Of a stretch of DNA of 64,000 nucleotides, positions 61,332-64,000 are shown one piece after another. Source of the stretch: an uncultured Acidimicrobiia bacterium. GTDB taxonomy: Bacteria; Acidobacteriota; Terriglobia; Versatilivoradales; Versatilivoraceae. A program made the translations under genes and the position numbers. Each line of letters begins with the position of its first letter. Position 1 is the first letter of the stretch. The DNA is taken from NCBI GenBank assembly GCA_963786955.1, contig CAWBAT010000006.1, forward strand, positions 928,001 through 992,000. The letters are read 5' to 3'. Below the pieces are notes generated by a model. It did not search any database. It was not told the DNA's origin and saw only the letters and a program-made list of their open reading frames with translations.

Positions 61332-61720
61332 CGATAACGCAATTTGGGGTTCTATTCAGCGCACGGGAGCTAAATATTTTTATATTTTGCCGAGCTAGAG
61401 CTCAGAGGGTTGGAGACCTTTCAGGATTTGTGGAATTGGTGAATGTGGGTTTGCCGAGACCGTCACTGGAGTATCTCCATCTTGAATTGAAGAGTGATTA
61501 TCCGCGACACTTTTTCAGGTTTTCGGCTCTCCTCTCCCCAACGCGGGAGAGGAGTTGGAGGTGAGGGGGGCACTACGAGGGGAAATTGTCACAAAATCTA
61601 CTGCATTTCTATTAGCAGGCTTTTGACCCCCGCGTGGGTCTAGCCCGTGACCGCATGGACATGGCGCTTTTCATCCCAATGTCACCGTTTCACGCATCGG
61701 CAAAGTTCCGACACCTGATC

Positions 61721-62304
61721 TCATTCTTCAACAATCTGGTCGTCCTTGCTCTGCGACCAGACTATTAAGACACAAGTCATGGAAAGGGTTACTGCAGACA
61801 GAATTATACTCAGTGTCGTCGCAACCGCTAAATTAAGACTAAACCGGCCGCGGAGCAGACCTGTCATCCACATGAATGTGAAAGGAACGGCAGGAGAAAC
61901 CAAGGTTCAAAAAGATTACGAGTCTGCCTGAACCATGGGCAGACCCCGACACTTCTCCACGAACCTTTGAACCTATTTCTAGGCCAACCCACCAGTGGCA
62001 AGTGTTCCCCTCGTAACGTCCCCTCTTTGGCTTGCTGGCCCAGGAACCGGAGATATCCTCGAACCTGGTAGCTTTGGTAAAGCATCACGAATGCGGAGAG
62101 CGCGACAAGCGTCCCGGCAAGTTCAAGCCATAAATCCGTGGATGCTCCGCTCCTTGTCCCCGAGACGTGTGCGTTGGCGATAAACCCTTCACCGACCAGC
62201 AACCACATGATGCGGTGATTGGTTACGTTGTCTTCATGGCAGATCATTTCACGGATGACCGTCGGACACTGCTCCTGTCGGATGTCGTACAGGGTATCGC
62301 TCAT
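61721..62304 (-). CDS. Hypothetical membrane protein, probably one gene split by a 1-bp frameshift near 61880
   Basis: Start overlaps the GH13 stop. PWFLLPFL continues as FTFMWMTGLL...TM helix if one T is added. Confidence 0.5.
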
Positions 62305-63779
62305 AAGGCACACACCTCGAACACGTGGCATTTCCAAGGTCCCAATTCGACATACAAACCCGCATCCCGCATCTCACTCCCGCCTCGGTCGTAGGTTTCA
62401 CCGGACAGAATATCGGTGAGACGCCATTCCTTTCCGCGCAGCTCGTCCCACGGCACATGGACGCGCGCCTGGGCGGCTTCTTGCCGGAAGTTGATGACGA
62501 TCAGGTAGCGCTCATCGTTCTTAACCCAGCACCAGGTAAGAATATTCTGGCAGCTCTGGTTGTCGGGCCAGCCGCTCCTCTCGCAGAGACGCCATTCACC
62601 ATTCCGAAAAACATCTCGATCGGTCCCTTTCAGGAGGCGCTCGTAGAAAGCCCTGAGGTCCTGATCGACTGGCTCTGTCGGGCGACGCCCCAGAAACACA
62701 GGCAACCTAACCTTTCTTCCCTCGAATTGCCCCTCGTGAAGCAGCTTTGCCCCCATGAGCGTGAGTGTCGCGACTGCTGCAGCGCGTCCTTTTCCGGATA
62801 GAAAAGTGGCCGCGGCCCGGGGCTCGTCATGGTTCTCAATGAACCGGACCATCTTCTCCTGGTACGAAAAATCCGCCAGCAGGTGTTGACGCACGGTCTC
62901 GGGGTCAGCATGCTCCATCCGGTCATAGAGCTTCTTATCGTAGCAGTAATCAAAACCCTGTTGTTGCAGTTCCCACTCGAGGTCCCAGTAGGCTTCGGCA
63001 ATGAACTTAAACTCCCTATGCTTTCCTTGGATCGCCGGTATCACTGTCCTCCAGTAGTCGTTGACTGGTTTTTCTCCGGCACGAGCCCCCCAGGTACGTT
63101 CGAAAATATAGTTGAGCAGGAGCATCGCCATGTCGCACCGGATGCCGTCACACTGATCCGCGATTTCCGAGACCGTCTCAATCACCGCCTTTCGGAGCCC
63201 CGGCTGGAAGGCGTTGAGTTGGAGCACATCAGGCCATGCCGGGAAATAGGGATCCCGGCCGCAGGCAAACACCTTTCCTCCCGCCTCGATAAAGGAAGCC
63301 GGATCGTTCCTCGCATCGTCGGCGTTCCCCTGCACGAAGTATTCCGGATGAGTGCTAACCCAGGGGTGGTCCGGCGCCACGTGGTTGGGAACAAAATCAA
63401 GGATAAGCCGCAAGCCGCGTTCAGCGAGCCTACTTCGTGCGACTGCCAACCCCTTCGGGCCGCCGAGTTGCTCATCAACGACGTAGCGGCGCACACAATA
63501 GGGCGAGCCCACATTGTCCTCAGCTGAAAAATCGGCGAGGGCTCGCCGGAAATCCTCAAGAAGCCCCTTGTTGCGCATGGAGATCTCGATCCCGGCAGGG
63601 CTCCGCTCCCACACTCCCATGAACCAAACGGCGTCAAAACCATTGGAGGCTATGGCATCCCACTCCTCGTCAGGAACCGTGGCGAGAGTCACAGTCTTTT
63701 TATATCTCCGGCTCAACTCACACAACCACACCCACGTATTGATCTCGTAAATGACTGGATGCTTGGACCATGTTTTCAT
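62301..63779 (-). CDS. GH13 alpha-amylase family glycoside hydrolase
   Basis: LDFVPNH (region I), DGIRCDMAM (II), AEAYW (III) and ENHDE (IV) motifs; GGAG RBS. Confidence 0.93.
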   Translation of the reverse strand: MKTWSKHPVIYEINTWVWLCELSRRYKKTVTLATVPDEEWDAIASNGFDAVWFMGVWERSPAGIEISMRNKGLLEDFRRALADFSAEDNVGSPYCVRRYVVDEQLGGPKGLAVARSRLAERGLRLILDFVPNHVAPDHPWVSTHPEYFVQGNADDARNDPASFIEAGGKVFACGRDPYFPAWPDVLQLNAFQPGLRKAVIETVSEIADQCDGIRCDMAMLLLNYIFERTWGARAGEKPVNDYWRTVIPAIQGKHREFKFIAEAYWDLEWELQQQGFDYCYDKKLYDRMEHADPETVRQHLLADFSYQEKMVRFIENHDEPRAAATFLSGKGRAAAVATLTLMGAKLLHEGQFEGRKVRLPVFLGRRPTEPVDQDLRAFYERLLKGTDRDVFRNGEWRLCERSGWPDNQSCQNILTWCWVKNDERYLIVINFRQEAAQARVHVPWDELRGKEWRLTDILSGETYDRGGSEMRDAGLYVELGPWKCHVFEVCAL

Positions 63780-64000
63780 CTCATCTCCCTCTCGACGCCG
63801 TGGGCGAGCAATTTGAAGAAAGGTGGCTCCATCGAGCCGACAGTCTGGATGAAGATGCGTTGACCGTGCCTGATTTCTCCGCTACGGCCGATCTCTATAA
63901 TGTAGTGGATAATATCAACGATATTCGCATCATTCCGGTTAGTGCTGTTGACCTCTATGCGCTTTTTGGTGTTGCTCTAATTCCGGGGATCCCGGTCGTA

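Noticed and set aside
1-64000. tRNA, rRNA, prophage or anti-phage defence genes; JUMPstart/ops element
   Set aside because: None recognised by eye; a covariance-model search was not possible.
63780-64000. Gene fragment at the right edge
   Set aside because: No convincing reading frame or motif in the available sequence.

Overview
A 64 kb bacterial chromosomal window of moderate GC. The protein families suggest Acidobacteriota (inference only). Bases 1-46 kb form one co-oriented cell-surface glycan locus. It holds about a dozen GT2/GT4 glycosyltransferases, a priming sugar transferase, a Wzy/WaaL-like and a GT-C membrane protein, two tandem Wza-like exporters, Wzt/Wzm, WecE/WecD, GmhA/HddA/HddC, an unexpected phosphopentomutase, an HpnJ-like B12 radical SAM enzyme, and large secreted multidomain GH and M28-peptidase proteins. 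After an internally deleted DDE insertion element, 48-64 kb carries secreted hydrolases, DUF genes and a GH13 enzyme. The most striking feature is a GxxExxY PD-(D/E)XK nuclease gene embedded in a tandem array of about 210-bp units bounded by 29-bp tripartite inverted repeats. The gene itself appears to occupy one such unit, like a REP/RAYT system built on a different nuclease fold. Several other palindromic intergenic repeat families are present. About ten frameshifts or in-frame stops occur beyond 28.8 kb, so assembly error must be excluded before calling pseudogenes. No rRNA, tRNA or CRISPR array was seen.
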